Positions 54,174-63,605 of a DNA stretch of 64,000 bases are shown one piece after another. The stretch lies in the NCBI GenBank assembly GCA_963826715.1, contig CAWGYA010000008.1, positions 1,088,001 through 1,152,000 of the forward strand. The letters are read 5' to 3'. Within the stretch, counting starts at the first letter, position 1, and each line of letters starts with the position of its first letter. Both the position numbers and the translations under genes were made by a program. Under the pieces are notes generated by a model that saw only the letters and a list, made by a program, of their open reading frames with translations, ran no database searches and was not told the origin of the DNA. The DNA is from Candidatus Bathyarchaeota archaeon. GTDB taxonomy: Archaea > Thermoproteota > Bathyarchaeia > Bathyarchaeales > Bathycorpusculaceae.

Positions 54174-54316
54174 ATATTTGTCGATCTCAACAGACTTCTA
54201 AACTTGTGTCGGTTAGAACTTGAACCCTGACTAATTAGGAGTATCTCCAGAGGACTTAACTAATAATTTTGTTTTTTCTGTAAAATTTTTATTTGAAAAG
54301 TCCAACATTTACTCCT

Positions 54317-54868
54317 TTAGGTTAATCCATTAATGTTTGTTTCTTTAAGGCTGAATTCTAAAACGTAAATTTGATTTTCGAAAGAAGTAAAATAGACAAT
54401 TCTAATGGGCCACAGAAAAACTTTATCGATGTAATAGGTAGCGTTTATTGCTTCATTGACGTATTCATAAGCTATGCAGTCTCGAATTCCAATTCCTTTG
54501 ACTGTTATTTGTGTGCTGTACATTCCTTCAAGTCTTTCACCTTTGGGTTGAAAACTAACATTTGTTTTATTGACCCATAAAATAGTTTGGTCTGAAAGTG
54601 TTGGCGAGATAGAGGTTTTAATTGATGAATCAGTTTGGATTTGAACGTGAGTGGCGTTTAAGTCGGTAACTTGAATTTTTTCGTCTAGGGTATACGGAAT
54701 GGATAGCGAATCAATTTTTCCTTCATATGTCGCGTAAACAACTTTAAACATCCAAGACTTAGACATGTTTTGCTGGGGACTATCAGCAGGTTGATATCCG
54801 CTGCTAAAAAATATTATTGACAATGTTAAAAATGAAATCAACCCGATTATAATCCAATTTTTCTCCAT
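54317..54868 (-). CDS. Membrane-anchored/secreted hypothetical protein
   Basis: N-terminal hydrophobic helix from MEKNWIIIG, C-terminal L.ETNI. Confidence 0.65.
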   Translation of the reverse strand: MEKNWIIIGLISFLTLSIIFFSSGYQPADSPQQNMSKSWMFKVVYATYEGKIDSLSIPYTLDEKIQVTDLNATHVQIQTDSSIKTSISPTLSDQTILWVNKTNVSFQPKGERLEGMYSTQITVKGIGIRDCIAYEYVNEAINATYYIDKVFLWPIRIVYFTSFENQIYVLEFSLKETNINGLT

Positions 54869-55077
54869 ACATAGCCATGGAATGAATTGTTTAAAAAGCG
54901 TTTTGCGTTTTCGATTAGTTTTGACAAAAGGGTTAACGAAGCAAAAACATGAACAATTAGGCAATCTTTTCAAAGAAACTTTTTGTTTAGCTCTTTTTAA
55001 TAAATCTACTACTGCTTGATTCATCTTTTAATGGGTTACCTAATGATAGCGGGTTGGGCTTGAACCATTTGCTCAGT

Positions 55078-57993
55078 TTAGCGGTTTTTCGATGCCCTAC
55101 TAAAAAGCAGAATTAGTAGCACTATAACTATAGCCACTATAACGTTAATGGGAAATAAATAATCTATCAACTCTAGTTGGTTTGTATTTGCTGACGGTGT
55201 AGGTAAAGTTGGGCTTGGCAATGGTGATGCTGTTTGTGTTGGAGAAGGTGTCGCTGTTGCTGTTGGCTGTGAAGTAGTAAGTGTTATTGCGCTTGCAAGG
55301 TTTGTTACCAAGCCCGCGTTGTCTTTTATCTGGCAATAAACGGTTTTTAACCCTTCACCACTAGTGACTTGCCACTTTTGACTGGGTGTATAATTTTGCC
55401 ATGGAATCTGGTCCCACACGTTGTTATTGCTGAATCGCATTTGGGTAACCTCCGATAAGGAAGTGGCGGTCAGGCTCAGGGTTACGCTATTCGAGGTTGT
55501 TGTTGCTTGACCATTGTTTATTTGCATTGAACCTTGAGGGGGTGTCTTTTCCAGTTTAAGATCCATCAACATTAGGTGATTTAACTCCATGTTGCCTGTT
55601 CCGTAGGCGTCCCATGTAACCCAGTATTCTAAAGTGTTGTTTGTGCTTTCTGTTGTTATGATGGGTTGACCGTTAGTGGTGACGTTGCAGATTGAACCAT
55701 TATTAACTGAATAATATATTTGTGTGCCAGCTAAATCAGATGTTAAATTTATTTCTACATTCGAGGTATGCCATGAATTAACATAGTTATAGTCGTTAGT
55801 TACTGTTGGAAGGCGAGTTATATTCACGCAAAAGTTAGAGGCGCCGTCGTTTACAACGATGCTATGTTGCCCCGCGGTTGTGGTTGGAACAGTTATAGTT
55901 GCATTGAAATTGCCGTTTGCCTCAACGGTAGTCGTGCCCAAACTGACGTTGCCGTTCCAAAGCAAAGATGCTATTCCAGGGCTGAACCATTTGCCTGCGA
56001 TAACTATAGACTGTCCGTTTTCGACAAAAACATCCGTAGTTAAATTTGTGCAGTTACCATACAGTCCTGTGGCGGTTTGATTGCCTATTTGGGTTAAGCC
56101 TCTTCGCCATTCCATGTAGGGATCTGTTGAATTGTATGAGTTGCCGTTGTGGTTGTCAGTGATTTTGAAAAAGATGTTGTTAATGCTCGGTTGATTGTCT
56201 CCAACTTGATTGTTTTGTATTAGGTCTGGAGCCGTTAATGTGTAGGTGAAGTTTTCGGTGGCTATTGCTAAGTTGTTTATTACTTGTGTCCAATCTAAGT
56301 TTATTGGGTTTAAGTAGGAAATGTTTACGGAATGACCTGTAAAGCCGTTGCCAGTTAGCGTGATTATGCCAGCGGGTGGACCAGAGGTTGGCGAAACGTT
56401 AACTGTTGGTTGTGCCATTGAATATTTTACGGTTAACGTTACATGGTCGTCTTTTATGGTGTGAACTGGCGTTTGTGTTGAGATGTTGTTTCCTACGGCG
56501 AAGTAGTTTATTATTCCAGTGTCGTTAGTTCCCCATTTATCGGGTCCTGCATCGTACACTTTCATGAAGAAGAGTTGATTGTAAAGGGAATTAGTGTAAT
56601 CCTTGAACTCGGTTAAATCAAACACAATATTATTTGAGCTAAAAGGCAGGCTGCCTCCGAGGAAAATATCACCATCCTGATTAAACTCGTCAAATGTTTT
56701 CGTAACTAAAGGTGCATTTGGGCTTCCTAACCCAAAAGTAATGTTGCAGTCTTGCCTCGATGTGTGACTAATGTTGAAGGTTGCAAGTATCTGCGGTTGG
56801 TAACCAATTAAATCTTGAGATAAAACCACGGGGTCATTTTTGGCTGAAAGCTCTGCCATAACTTGGTAAGACACCCAATAGCATCCGTCAGGCACATTTT
56901 CCCATGAGTTTGGTCCTTCTCCTATTCCCCAAGAATTAACAACCTTAAATGCGCCACTGTGCAATGTGCCATTTTCAATGTAAGAGATGCTGTCGTTGTA
57001 CCCCACAATTGTTTGGGCGTGATCCAGCCCACCGAACTGCCAATTGTCAAGGGTAAACAAATCTTGGCTGTTATCATCGGGGATGGGGACAATATTATCG
57101 TAGGCGTCAATAGCGAAAGTTGCAACGTTCCCTGCAGCCAACCAGTTTTTTAGGTTTGTTATGCCGTTTGTTTCGTTGACGTAAATGTATTGGTAACTGT
57201 AGGTGCTGTTTGAACGATAATACGGTGCTTGAGCCCACGCAGCCTCTGAAGGCCACGCATTGCATTCGCTCTGATTATAGGGCATGTTTAGCCAAGAACT
57301 GACGCCAATAGAGCACATAACCATGATAGGTCCCTCCAAGGAACCGCCAATATCTGAGCCATTATTAACTAAGTTGTAAACGAAGGCTGGACTCATAATT
57401 TCGCTTTGATAGGGAGCAGAGACATGACCGTTGTCATAGTGGCCAGGAGAATATTCATAATTGTTTGACCCATCGTACACCCATGTTGCTTGGCTTAAAT
57501 TCCATTGGTGCTCCTTCGCTTCCTGATAAGATTTGGCGTAATAAACATTAGCAAAAAAAGAACATGAACCCTGTGTGCCTTGGTCGCCAATAGGTGGGAA
57601 CCATGCAGTTTGGGATAGGTCCACTGCATTTGGTATTGATTCTGTATATAAAACTTCATCAACCACGTAACCGTTTTTTGCTATATCGTTCCACTCGCTG
57701 GGGGTTGGAGGAGTTAAACCTGTTCCGTGTCCATCAACAATCTGGTTATAGTTTTTCCCTCCTTGGTAAACACCAACGCTACTTTCGTAGGCTTTAAGCT
57801 CGTTTGAAGTCATCTTATGTTCTTTCAAGCCTAAGTTGCCATAATTCACCTGTGTAGATGAGTAAATTTGGTTTGAGGCTGAATTCTTAGACGTTTGGGC
57901 AGTAGCGTAACTATTGTGTAAACATGAAATAGCAAGGGGTAAAAGTAAAACAGCGATGACGACTAAAACTTCTAACTTTAAGTTTCTGTGCAC
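55078..57993 (-). CDS. Cell-surface C1A (papain-like) cysteine protease
   Basis: Signal peptide, DQGTQGSC, SPAFVYN, HAQTIVGYND, VVNSWG, Ig-like domains, T/P linker and C-terminal TM. Confidence 0.88.
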   Translation of the reverse strand: MHRNLKLEVLVVIAVLLLPLAISCLHNSYATAQTSKNSASNQIYSSTQVNYGNLGLKEHKMTSNELKAYESSVGVYQGGKNYNQIVDGHGTGLTPPTPSEWNDIAKNGYVVDEVLYTESIPNAVDLSQTAWFPPIGDQGTQGSCSFFANVYYAKSYQEAKEHQWNLSQATWVYDGSNNYEYSPGHYDNGHVSAPYQSEIMSPAFVYNLVNNGSDIGGSLEGPIMVMCSIGVSSWLNMPYNQSECNAWPSEAAWAQAPYYRSNSTYSYQYIYVNETNGITNLKNWLAAGNVATFAIDAYDNIVPIPDDNSQDLFTLDNWQFGGLDHAQTIVGYNDSISYIENGTLHSGAFKVVNSWGIGEGPNSWENVPDGCYWVSYQVMAELSAKNDPVVLSQDLIGYQPQILATFNISHTSRQDCNITFGLGSPNAPLVTKTFDEFNQDGDIFLGGSLPFSSNNIVFDLTEFKDYTNSLYNQLFFMKVYDAGPDKWGTNDTGIINYFAVGNNISTQTPVHTIKDDHVTLTVKYSMAQPTVNVSPTSGPPAGIITLTGNGFTGHSVNISYLNPINLDWTQVINNLAIATENFTYTLTAPDLIQNNQVGDNQPSINNIFFKITDNHNGNSYNSTDPYMEWRRGLTQIGNQTATGLYGNCTNLTTDVFVENGQSIVIAGKWFSPGIASLLWNGNVSLGTTTVEANGNFNATITVPTTTAGQHSIVVNDGASNFCVNITRLPTVTNDYNYVNSWHTSNVEINLTSDLAGTQIYYSVNNGSICNVTTNGQPIITTESTNNTLEYWVTWDAYGTGNMELNHLMLMDLKLEKTPPQGSMQINNGQATTTSNSVTLSLTATSLSEVTQMRFSNNNVWDQIPWQNYTPSQKWQVTSGEGLKTVYCQIKDNAGLVTNLASAITLTTSQPTATATPSPTQTASPLPSPTLPTPSANTNQLELIDYLFPINVIVAIVIVLLILLFSRASKNR

Positions 57994-58224
57994 TGTGCTG
58001 TTTCCCTGTTTTCCTTAGTTTCGCTCGGTTATAAAAATAATGAACTGCAAATTCAGATTGGTTTGTTTTATCGATAAAACTTGGTTATGCTTTTCGGGTT
58101 GTGAATCATTAAATTATTTCAGATAACGCATTTTGTGTTCTAAAAAGTGCTATATTTCCTACTTATTCAGTAGCTAAACGCCAAAAATCATGGTTTGATT
58201 TATTAACGGGGGTGCAGAGAAGCG

Positions 58225-58271
58225 GGCGGGGTGGGGTTTGAGCCTATGAAGGCCTGCGCCAGAGGATCTTA
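58225..58271 (-). repeat. Degenerate direct repeat of the tRNA-Leu 3' half (att-like scar)
   Basis: GAAGGCCTGCGCCAGAGGATCTTA (24 bp) identical at 58248-58271 and 59114-59137. The T-arm/acceptor part is mutated. Confidence 0.85.
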
Positions 58272-58307
58272 TGTTTTGCTCTCAAGCAAATGATAGTACT
58301 TTTATTT

Positions 58308-58742
58308 TTATTCCCTGGCTAAATGCTCATTGTTTAGCACATTTAGCATCTCGTCGACTGTCAGAATTCTTATTCCTTTGAAATCTTTCAACGCAAGCAA
58401 ATGTTTGTCACCTGAAACGATGTAGTCAGTTTTACTGTCATATGCTGTTCTTATAATAATGTCATCATCAGGGTCTTCAGTGATAACTTTAAAATGGGAT
58501 ATCACTTGTACGATTTCAGACCTTTTTAAGGCATTCAGAAATAGGGTTACATCCTGTTCACTTACGTACCTTACTGCCTTTGGGTCCTCTGTTATTTCGA
58601 GGAACTCTTCTATTATTGCTTTGGACAAAATTAGTTGTTTGTCTTTTACTAATCTATATAGGAGAACGCGTGGCTTGCCGGTTTTTATTAGGGATGAAAT
58701 TAAGACATTTGTGTCTAGAACTACTTTCATTTCAGTTGTCAC
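58308..58742 (-). CDS. PIN-domain toxin (VapC-like)
   Basis: VVLDTNVLIS, DPDDD, IVSGDKHLL. Confidence 0.9.
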   Translation of the reverse strand: MTTEMKVVLDTNVLISSLIKTGKPRVLLYRLVKDKQLILSKAIIEEFLEITEDPKAVRYVSEQDVTLFLNALKRSEIVQVISHFKVITEDPDDDIIIRTAYDSKTDYIVSGDKHLLALKDFKGIRILTVDEMLNVLNNEHLARE

Positions 58743-59032
58743 ATTGGGCTTCTTTTCTTCCGCCTGTGCTCATGGATTATTTGATTTATCCCGTTGTTTG
58801 AGATTTCACCATGTTTTGCGATTCTTTCGTCGATTCTTTTGTACATAGCTTCAAGCTCTTTTGATAAGTCTGGCTCTTCAAATTTTCTTAGTATCACCGA
58901 ATCGTTGCATTGATAAACAAGAAATTTAGTTTTCGCTTTCAAGCCCATTTTTGATCGAATTTTTGCTGGTATGACAACTTGGCCTTTCTCGCTAAGAATC
59001 GTGAGTTCTGCGTTTTCATTCTGAGCCATCAA
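58739..59032 (-). CDS. AbrB/MazE/SpoVT-family antitoxin
   Basis: SEKGQVVIPAKIRSKMGL, 4-bp overlap with the PIN gene. Confidence 0.88.
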   Translation of the reverse strand: MMAQNENAELTILSEKGQVVIPAKIRSKMGLKAKTKFLVYQCNDSVILRKFEEPDLSKELEAMYKRIDERIAKHGEISNNGINQIIHEHRRKKRSPM

Positions 59033-59085
59033 TATTACCCATATGTTATCTTACTTTCTTACCTAAAAAGATTTTTATTTATAAG

Positions 59086-59213
59086 TGGTGGCGGGGGTGG
59101 GACTTGAACCCACGAAGGCCTGCGCCAGAGGATCTTAAGTCCTCCTCCATATCTTAGGGGCAAATAGGTTTTCTTGATCTGGCCCTATTTAGACCTGGCT
59201 CGGATACCCCGCC
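59086..59213 (-). tRNA. tRNA-Leu(TAA) with 40-nt intron at position 22/23, CCA encoded
   Basis: Acceptor GGCGGGG/CCCCGCC-A-CCA, anticodon arm GAGGA CTTAAGA TCCTC, long variable arm. Removing 59149-59188 restores the D-arm TCC GAGCCAGGTCTAA GGA (88-nt tRNA). Confidence 0.9.
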
Positions 59214-59505
59214 ACCAGCACCGTTACAGTTCGTCATGGTTCTGTTTAAGTTTTCCGATTTTTAGTTGTATTCTTTAGGTGCCAACATATCCTATTTGTG
59301 ATCTTTGGAAGTATTTTTTCCAGTTTAGGGAACACTCCTTATCGTTCAAACATGTATCTGTTTTTAAAGGACCGTTAAAGGTCGCCTCTAAGGGGGCATT
59401 AAGGAAATCGGTTTGCCTCTACGATGGGGCCGTTTTTAATCACAGAGGTTTTGAGGTCTTAAATTTTTACAGAAAAAAGATCAATAAAATAGTGAGAACG
59501 CATAA

Positions 59506-60333
59506 CTAACGCGTTTTTAGCATGCTTCCGCTTCGATATCCCTCTAAATCAAACGTTACGTATACAAAACCCAGTTTTTTAAGCTCAATCGCAACCATAT
59601 CGAGTATATCGATGTCAAAGAATTGTTTCCGTTCTGCCTCGTTTACCTCAATTCTGGCCAAGTCTCCATGGTCTCGCACTCGTAACTGTTTTACATTTGT
59701 GATTCGTCTGATTGCAGCTTCTGCTTTCTCGATGCGTTCAAGTTTCTTGAGGGTTATGCGTTCGTTGAAGGGAATCCTTGATGCTAAACAGGGTGAGGCA
59801 GCTTTATCGTGGACGTTGAGCTTCATTTGTTTTGCGACGGCTCGGATTTCCTCTTTACTAAACTTACAGAACACCCAAGGTGTGTAGACGTTCTCTACTT
59901 CTTGTATCGCCTTAAAGCCTGGTCGATGCTCACCGAGGTCGCTGAAGTTTGTGCCGTCGAAAACCGCTCCGAACCCGTGCTCAAGGGCAAACTTTGTAAG
60001 TTTTAGGAGGAGCTCTTTTTTGCAGAAGTAGCAACGGTTTTCAGGGTTTTTAGCGAAGTCTTCGTTCTGCAACTCGTTGGTTAGTGTGACATAGAGTTTG
60101 ATACCGATGCTTAGCGCGGTGATTTTTGCGTTACGCATTTCTTCTTCAGTGTAGGTTGGTGAATGTGCAATGACGGCGACTGCTTTCTTGTTCAGAATTT
60201 GGTGGGATATGGCTGCCAATGTGGTGCTGTCTACGCCACCTGAAAACGCAATTACTACGCCGTTTTTGCCTTTATCTGCAATGTATTCTTTGAGTTCTTC
60301 TAGTTTATGGTTTAGTGGATCTTCCACTTTCAC
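59506..60333 (-). CDS. larE: ATP-dependent sulfur transferase LarE
   Basis: AFSGGVDS, RCYFCK, DGTN.SD...RPG, PCLASRIP, RVRDH, GYRSGSM. Confidence 0.92.
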   Translation of the reverse strand: MKVEDPLNHKLEELKEYIADKGKNGVVIAFSGGVDSTTLAAISHQILNKKAVAVIAHSPTYTEEEMRNAKITALSIGIKLYVTLTNELQNEDFAKNPENRCYFCKKELLLKLTKFALEHGFGAVFDGTNFSDLGEHRPGFKAIQEVENVYTPWVFCKFSKEEIRAVAKQMKLNVHDKAASPCLASRIPFNERITLKKLERIEKAEAAIRRITNVKQLRVRDHGDLARIEVNEAERKQFFDIDILDMVAIELKKLGFVYVTFDLEGYRSGSMLKTR

Positions 60334-61580
60334 TCCTCCGTTTCAGGGTATATTTCTTGTGTTTTAGAAGTCGCCAGTTCTAAGAGTTCTCTCAGTGGTT
60401 TATTAGTTTTCATTGCTAGTCGTTTTAGGTCTTCAAATTCTGGTTTTATGCGAATAATTTTGCCTTCTGCGCTCTTAGAGATTTTAATTTTTACGTTTTC
60501 GTGGTTGCCCAGCACATTTAAATCTACTATAACTTCTTCTCGCTTGATTATGTGCCGTTGGCAATGGTAAACCCTAACGCCTAACGTGCCTGTTTCAGCA
60601 ATCAACATACGGGTGAGGTGTGCTACGTCTTTTTGGTCTGCTATGACTTTTATGATATTTGCTGGGCGGTTCTTCTTGGTGACCGCTGGGATGATGCTGA
60701 CGTCTTTTGCGCCTTCTGCGAGGAGTTTGTCGATGGTGTATCCTAAAACTTCGCCTGTGGTATCGTCTACGTTGGTTTCCAAAACGGCAATCGTGTCGCT
60801 TACCGTGCTAACGTCGACGGGATTACCCATTGTAAGTCGTAGAACTGCAGGTAATTCTGTAAATTCCTTTTTTCCCGCGCCATATCCCACCTTCAAGGGA
60901 ATCATAGGTGGGTAGAGGCTGTTTACTTCATTTACTAAGTTAACTAGAAGCGCTGTGCCTGTGGGTGTGGCGAGTTCATGTTCGATGGGTCCACCGTGGA
61001 AGGGGAAGTTTTTGGATTTTAAAATCGCCAAAGTCGCCGGTGCTGGAGAGGAGACAATGCCGTGAGAAAACTTTATGACCCCGCCGCCTACTGCTAGCGG
61101 CATCGAGTAAATTTTGGCTTCGAAGAGATGTAGGTCATCTAAGGCGACGGTGCAACCGATGATTTCTGCGGCTGTATCAACCAATGCAACTTCGTGGAGA
61201 TGTGTGTCCTTAGAGAGTGTTTGGTGCAAATCTGTCTCTACCTCTATGATTGAGCGTATAACTTTAGAGGCAAACTCTCGCGCCTTGTTGGACATATAGA
61301 TGCCCGCTGCGGCTTTATCTATGATTTCGATGAGGTCACTACCCCGTCGTTTTTCGGCGGTTGTTGAGGTAACATCGATTTGGGTTGCGCGGAATCCCCC
61401 GCGAGATACTTCATCAATAGCTATGTCAATATGTAGATAACCAAACTCTGGACTCTCAAGGGTTTTAATCGCAGAAATAACACGTTCCACGTTAGCGCCC
61501 AAATCCAAAAGAGCGCCTAAAAACATATCCCCCGCGACTCCTGAGGCATTACAGTCAACAACAAGAATCTTTCCAGTCAT
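60330..61580 (-). CDS. larC: Nickel insertase LarC (single ORF)
   Basis: SGVAGDMFLGALLD, HLHEV, HG...PAPAT, TPTG, ETNVDD, KKNRP, ETGTLGVR, KPEFED. Confidence 0.92.
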   Translation of the reverse strand: MTGKILVVDCNASGVAGDMFLGALLDLGANVERVISAIKTLESPEFGYLHIDIAIDEVSRGGFRATQIDVTSTTAEKRRGSDLIEIIDKAAAGIYMSNKAREFASKVIRSIIEVETDLHQTLSKDTHLHEVALVDTAAEIIGCTVALDDLHLFEAKIYSMPLAVGGGVIKFSHGIVSSPAPATLAILKSKNFPFHGGPIEHELATPTGTALLVNLVNEVNSLYPPMIPLKVGYGAGKKEFTELPAVLRLTMGNPVDVSTVSDTIAVLETNVDDTTGEVLGYTIDKLLAEGAKDVSIIPAVTKKNRPANIIKVIADQKDVAHLTRMLIAETGTLGVRVYHCQRHIIKREEVIVDLNVLGNHENVKIKISKSAEGKIIRIKPEFEDLKRLAMKTNKPLRELLELATSKTQEIYPETEE

Positions 61581-61658
61581 AAATCATCACAAAAAGATGT
61601 TCAATCAAGTAAACATAATAGATATATTGTTAAATGGTTTTTTTAAGTATGTCTATTT

Positions 61659-62444
61659 ATGCAGTCGCTAAGAGAAATTTTAGAGAAGGTTTCTTCTAGA
61701 GAAATTTCGCCAGAGCAAGCAGAGAAAATGCTTAAATTGCTTAGCATTGACGAGCTGGGTTGCATTGCGAAACTGGATGGCGCCCGTGAACTCCGCAAAG
61801 GAGTTCCTGAAGTGATTTTGGCAGAAGGAAAAACTCCCAATGATGTTGTTGAAATTTCCAAAAAAATGCTCTCGGGTAGCGGGCGGGTGATTATCAGTAG
61901 ATGCAGCAAAGAGCATTTAGACTCAATTAGATTATCTCTCGGAAACATAGGTGCTGACCTTGAGATTAATGAAAAAGCGCGTATGATTGTTGTGAAAAGC
62001 AAGACATTCAAAATAAAGCCGAGTGGGGGTAAAATTGCGATTTTGACTGCAGGGACTTCCGATGTGCCTGTCGCGGAAGAAGCCAAAGTCATGGCAGAAG
62101 AAATGGGTTGTAAGGTCTATAGTGCATATGATGTGGGCGTGGCAGGTATTCACCGATTACTGGAGCCTATAAAGCAGGTTATCTCCCAAGACTGCGACGT
62201 GGTTTTGGTGGTGGCTGGGCGTGAGGGCGCTTTGGCGTCTGTAGTGTGTGGTCTTGTGGATGTGCCCGTGATTGCTGTGCCGACTTCAAACAGCTACGGA
62301 TTCGGTGCAAAAGGTGTTAGCGCTTTGATGGCTATGTTGCAATCGTGTTCGTTGGGTTTGGTTGTTGTAAATATCGATGGTGGCGTGGCAGCTGGGGCAG
62401 TGGCTACTTTGATTGCTAATCGTGCCGCAAAATTCCGCAAATAA
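61659..62444 (+). CDS. larB: NPN cofactor carboxylase/hydrolase LarB
   Basis: PEVI.AEGKT, AGTSD.PVAEEA, DVGVAGIHRL, AGREGAL, VPTS, VVNID.G. Confidence 0.93.
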   Translation: MQSLREILEKVSSREISPEQAEKMLKLLSIDELGCIAKLDGARELRKGVPEVILAEGKTPNDVVEISKKMLSGSGRVIISRCSKEHLDSIRLSLGNIGADLEINEKARMIVVKSKTFKIKPSGGKIAILTAGTSDVPVAEEAKVMAEEMGCKVYSAYDVGVAGIHRLLEPIKQVISQDCDVVLVVAGREGALASVVCGLVDVPVIAVPTSNSYGFGAKGVSALMAMLQSCSLGLVVVNIDGGVAAGAVATLIANRAAKFRK

Positions 62445-62530
62445 GACTCGGACTTTTTTGTGGTCGGTTTTGGGCTTTGTGGGGGCGTTTTTGTAGTTAG
62501 TGGCGAAGCTTGCGTTGCCTTGGTTAAATC

Positions 62531-62589
62531 GTAGCACTAAATGGTAATATTTTAATACTGGGTATTACTTTTGTAGATAATCGTGTTAC
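62531..62589 (+). promoter_or_regulatory. Two tandem NikR-type operators
   Basis: GTAGCA-N16-TAATAC (62531-62558) and GTATTA-N16-TGTTAC (62562-62589), overlapping a TATA-like TTTAATA upstream of the Ni/Co transporter. Confidence 0.65.
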
Positions 62590-62610
62590 TGTGGGAGGTG
62601 GAGCGAAAAA

Positions 62611-63297
62611 ATGCACATACCTGACGGATTCATCTCACTCTATATTTCAATACCGGCTTTCATTATAACCCTCATCTTCTGGGCAATCTCATTTAAAAAA
62701 ATCAAACTCACTGAACAACAAGTTCCCATGATGGGATTACTAACAGCTCTTTTTTTCGCTGCCATGTTTGTTAACTATCCTGTAATCGGCGGAACAACTG
62801 CGCATCTCCTTGGTGGAGCAGCAATTGGGCTTATCCTTGGTCCATTTGCTGGTCTCATTTCTATAACCATAATCTTGGTTTTGCAGGCGCTATTATTCGC
62901 AGATGGTGGGCTCATCACTCTAGGAGCTAATGTACTTAACATGGGTGTGATCGGTGTGTTTGTTCCCTGCGCAATATTCTTGTTTGCAAACAAAATTTTC
63001 AAACTCAAAACCACCTCAAGCATATTTGCCACAGTATTCGTATCAGCTTTCGCTGGAGACCTACTTGCCGCGTTGTCAGCTGGCACAGAATTGGGGCTTT
63101 CAACGTCCACTTTCCATTATGGTTTAAGTTTAGTGCTGCCCGCCATGGCAATTAACCACTCTATCATCGGTATCGCGGAAGGTATAATCACGGTCATCTT
63201 AATCGGTACTCTTCTGAAACTTCGGCCAGACGTGTTAGACAAAAGCCCCATCTTAGGCAAATTGAGTATGTTTAAAAATAAAGCAATTGAGGCATGA
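62611..63297 (+). CDS. cbiM: Ni/Co ECF transporter substrate component CbiM/NikM
   Basis: N-terminal MHIPDG, GTTAHLLG, QALLFADGG...LGAN, IG..EG.IT. Confidence 0.93.
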   Translation: MHIPDGFISLYISIPAFIITLIFWAISFKKIKLTEQQVPMMGLLTALFFAAMFVNYPVIGGTTAHLLGGAAIGLILGPFAGLISITIILVLQALLFADGGLITLGANVLNMGVIGVFVPCAIFLFANKIFKLKTTSSIFATVFVSAFAGDLLAALSAGTELGLSTSTFHYGLSLVLPAMAINHSIIGIAEGIITVILIGTLLKLRPDVLDKSPILGKLSMFKNKAIEA

Positions 63298-63605
63298 AAA
63301 AATTGGCAAACCAGAAAAAATTAAATCAAAAAACGGTTACCGTGGGTTTAGCTGTTGCCTTAATCTTTGTTTTGCTGGGGGTTTTTATCTTTTCTAATGC
63401 TATGGAAACGCTTGATGTGAAGGCTGAAGAACTTGGAATGCAAGAACATCCGATTTTTGAAGCTCCCTTTGCTGACTATAACATCGCTGGAAACAACAGC
63501 ATTTGGGTTACTCTATTTGTCGCTATCGTTTCAACGCTTTTACTGTTTGTTACAGGTTTGGTGGTAGCTAAAATAATACACAAGAGGAAGGTTGCAATAA
63601 AATGA
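63294..63605 (+). CDS. PDGLE-domain / NikN-like accessory membrane subunit
   Basis: Two TM helices around ETLD..AEELG and APFADY.I.G, coupled to cbiM. Confidence 0.75.
   Translation: MKKLANQKKLNQKTVTVGLAVALIFVLLGVFIFSNAMETLDVKAEELGMQEHPIFEAPFADYNIAGNNSIWVTLFVAIVSTLLLFVTGLVVAKIIHKRKVAIK

Noticed and set aside
34739-58200. Whole accessory block as a single integrated element
   Set aside because: No integrase, transposase, replication or viral genes, and no further att copy seen at the left end.
59370-59435. Two GCCTCTA...GGGGC hairpins; minus strand contains AGGCAAACC as in c-di-GMP-I riboswitches
   Set aside because: Lacks the GNRA tetraloop/receptor and second stem, and has no downstream gene to control.
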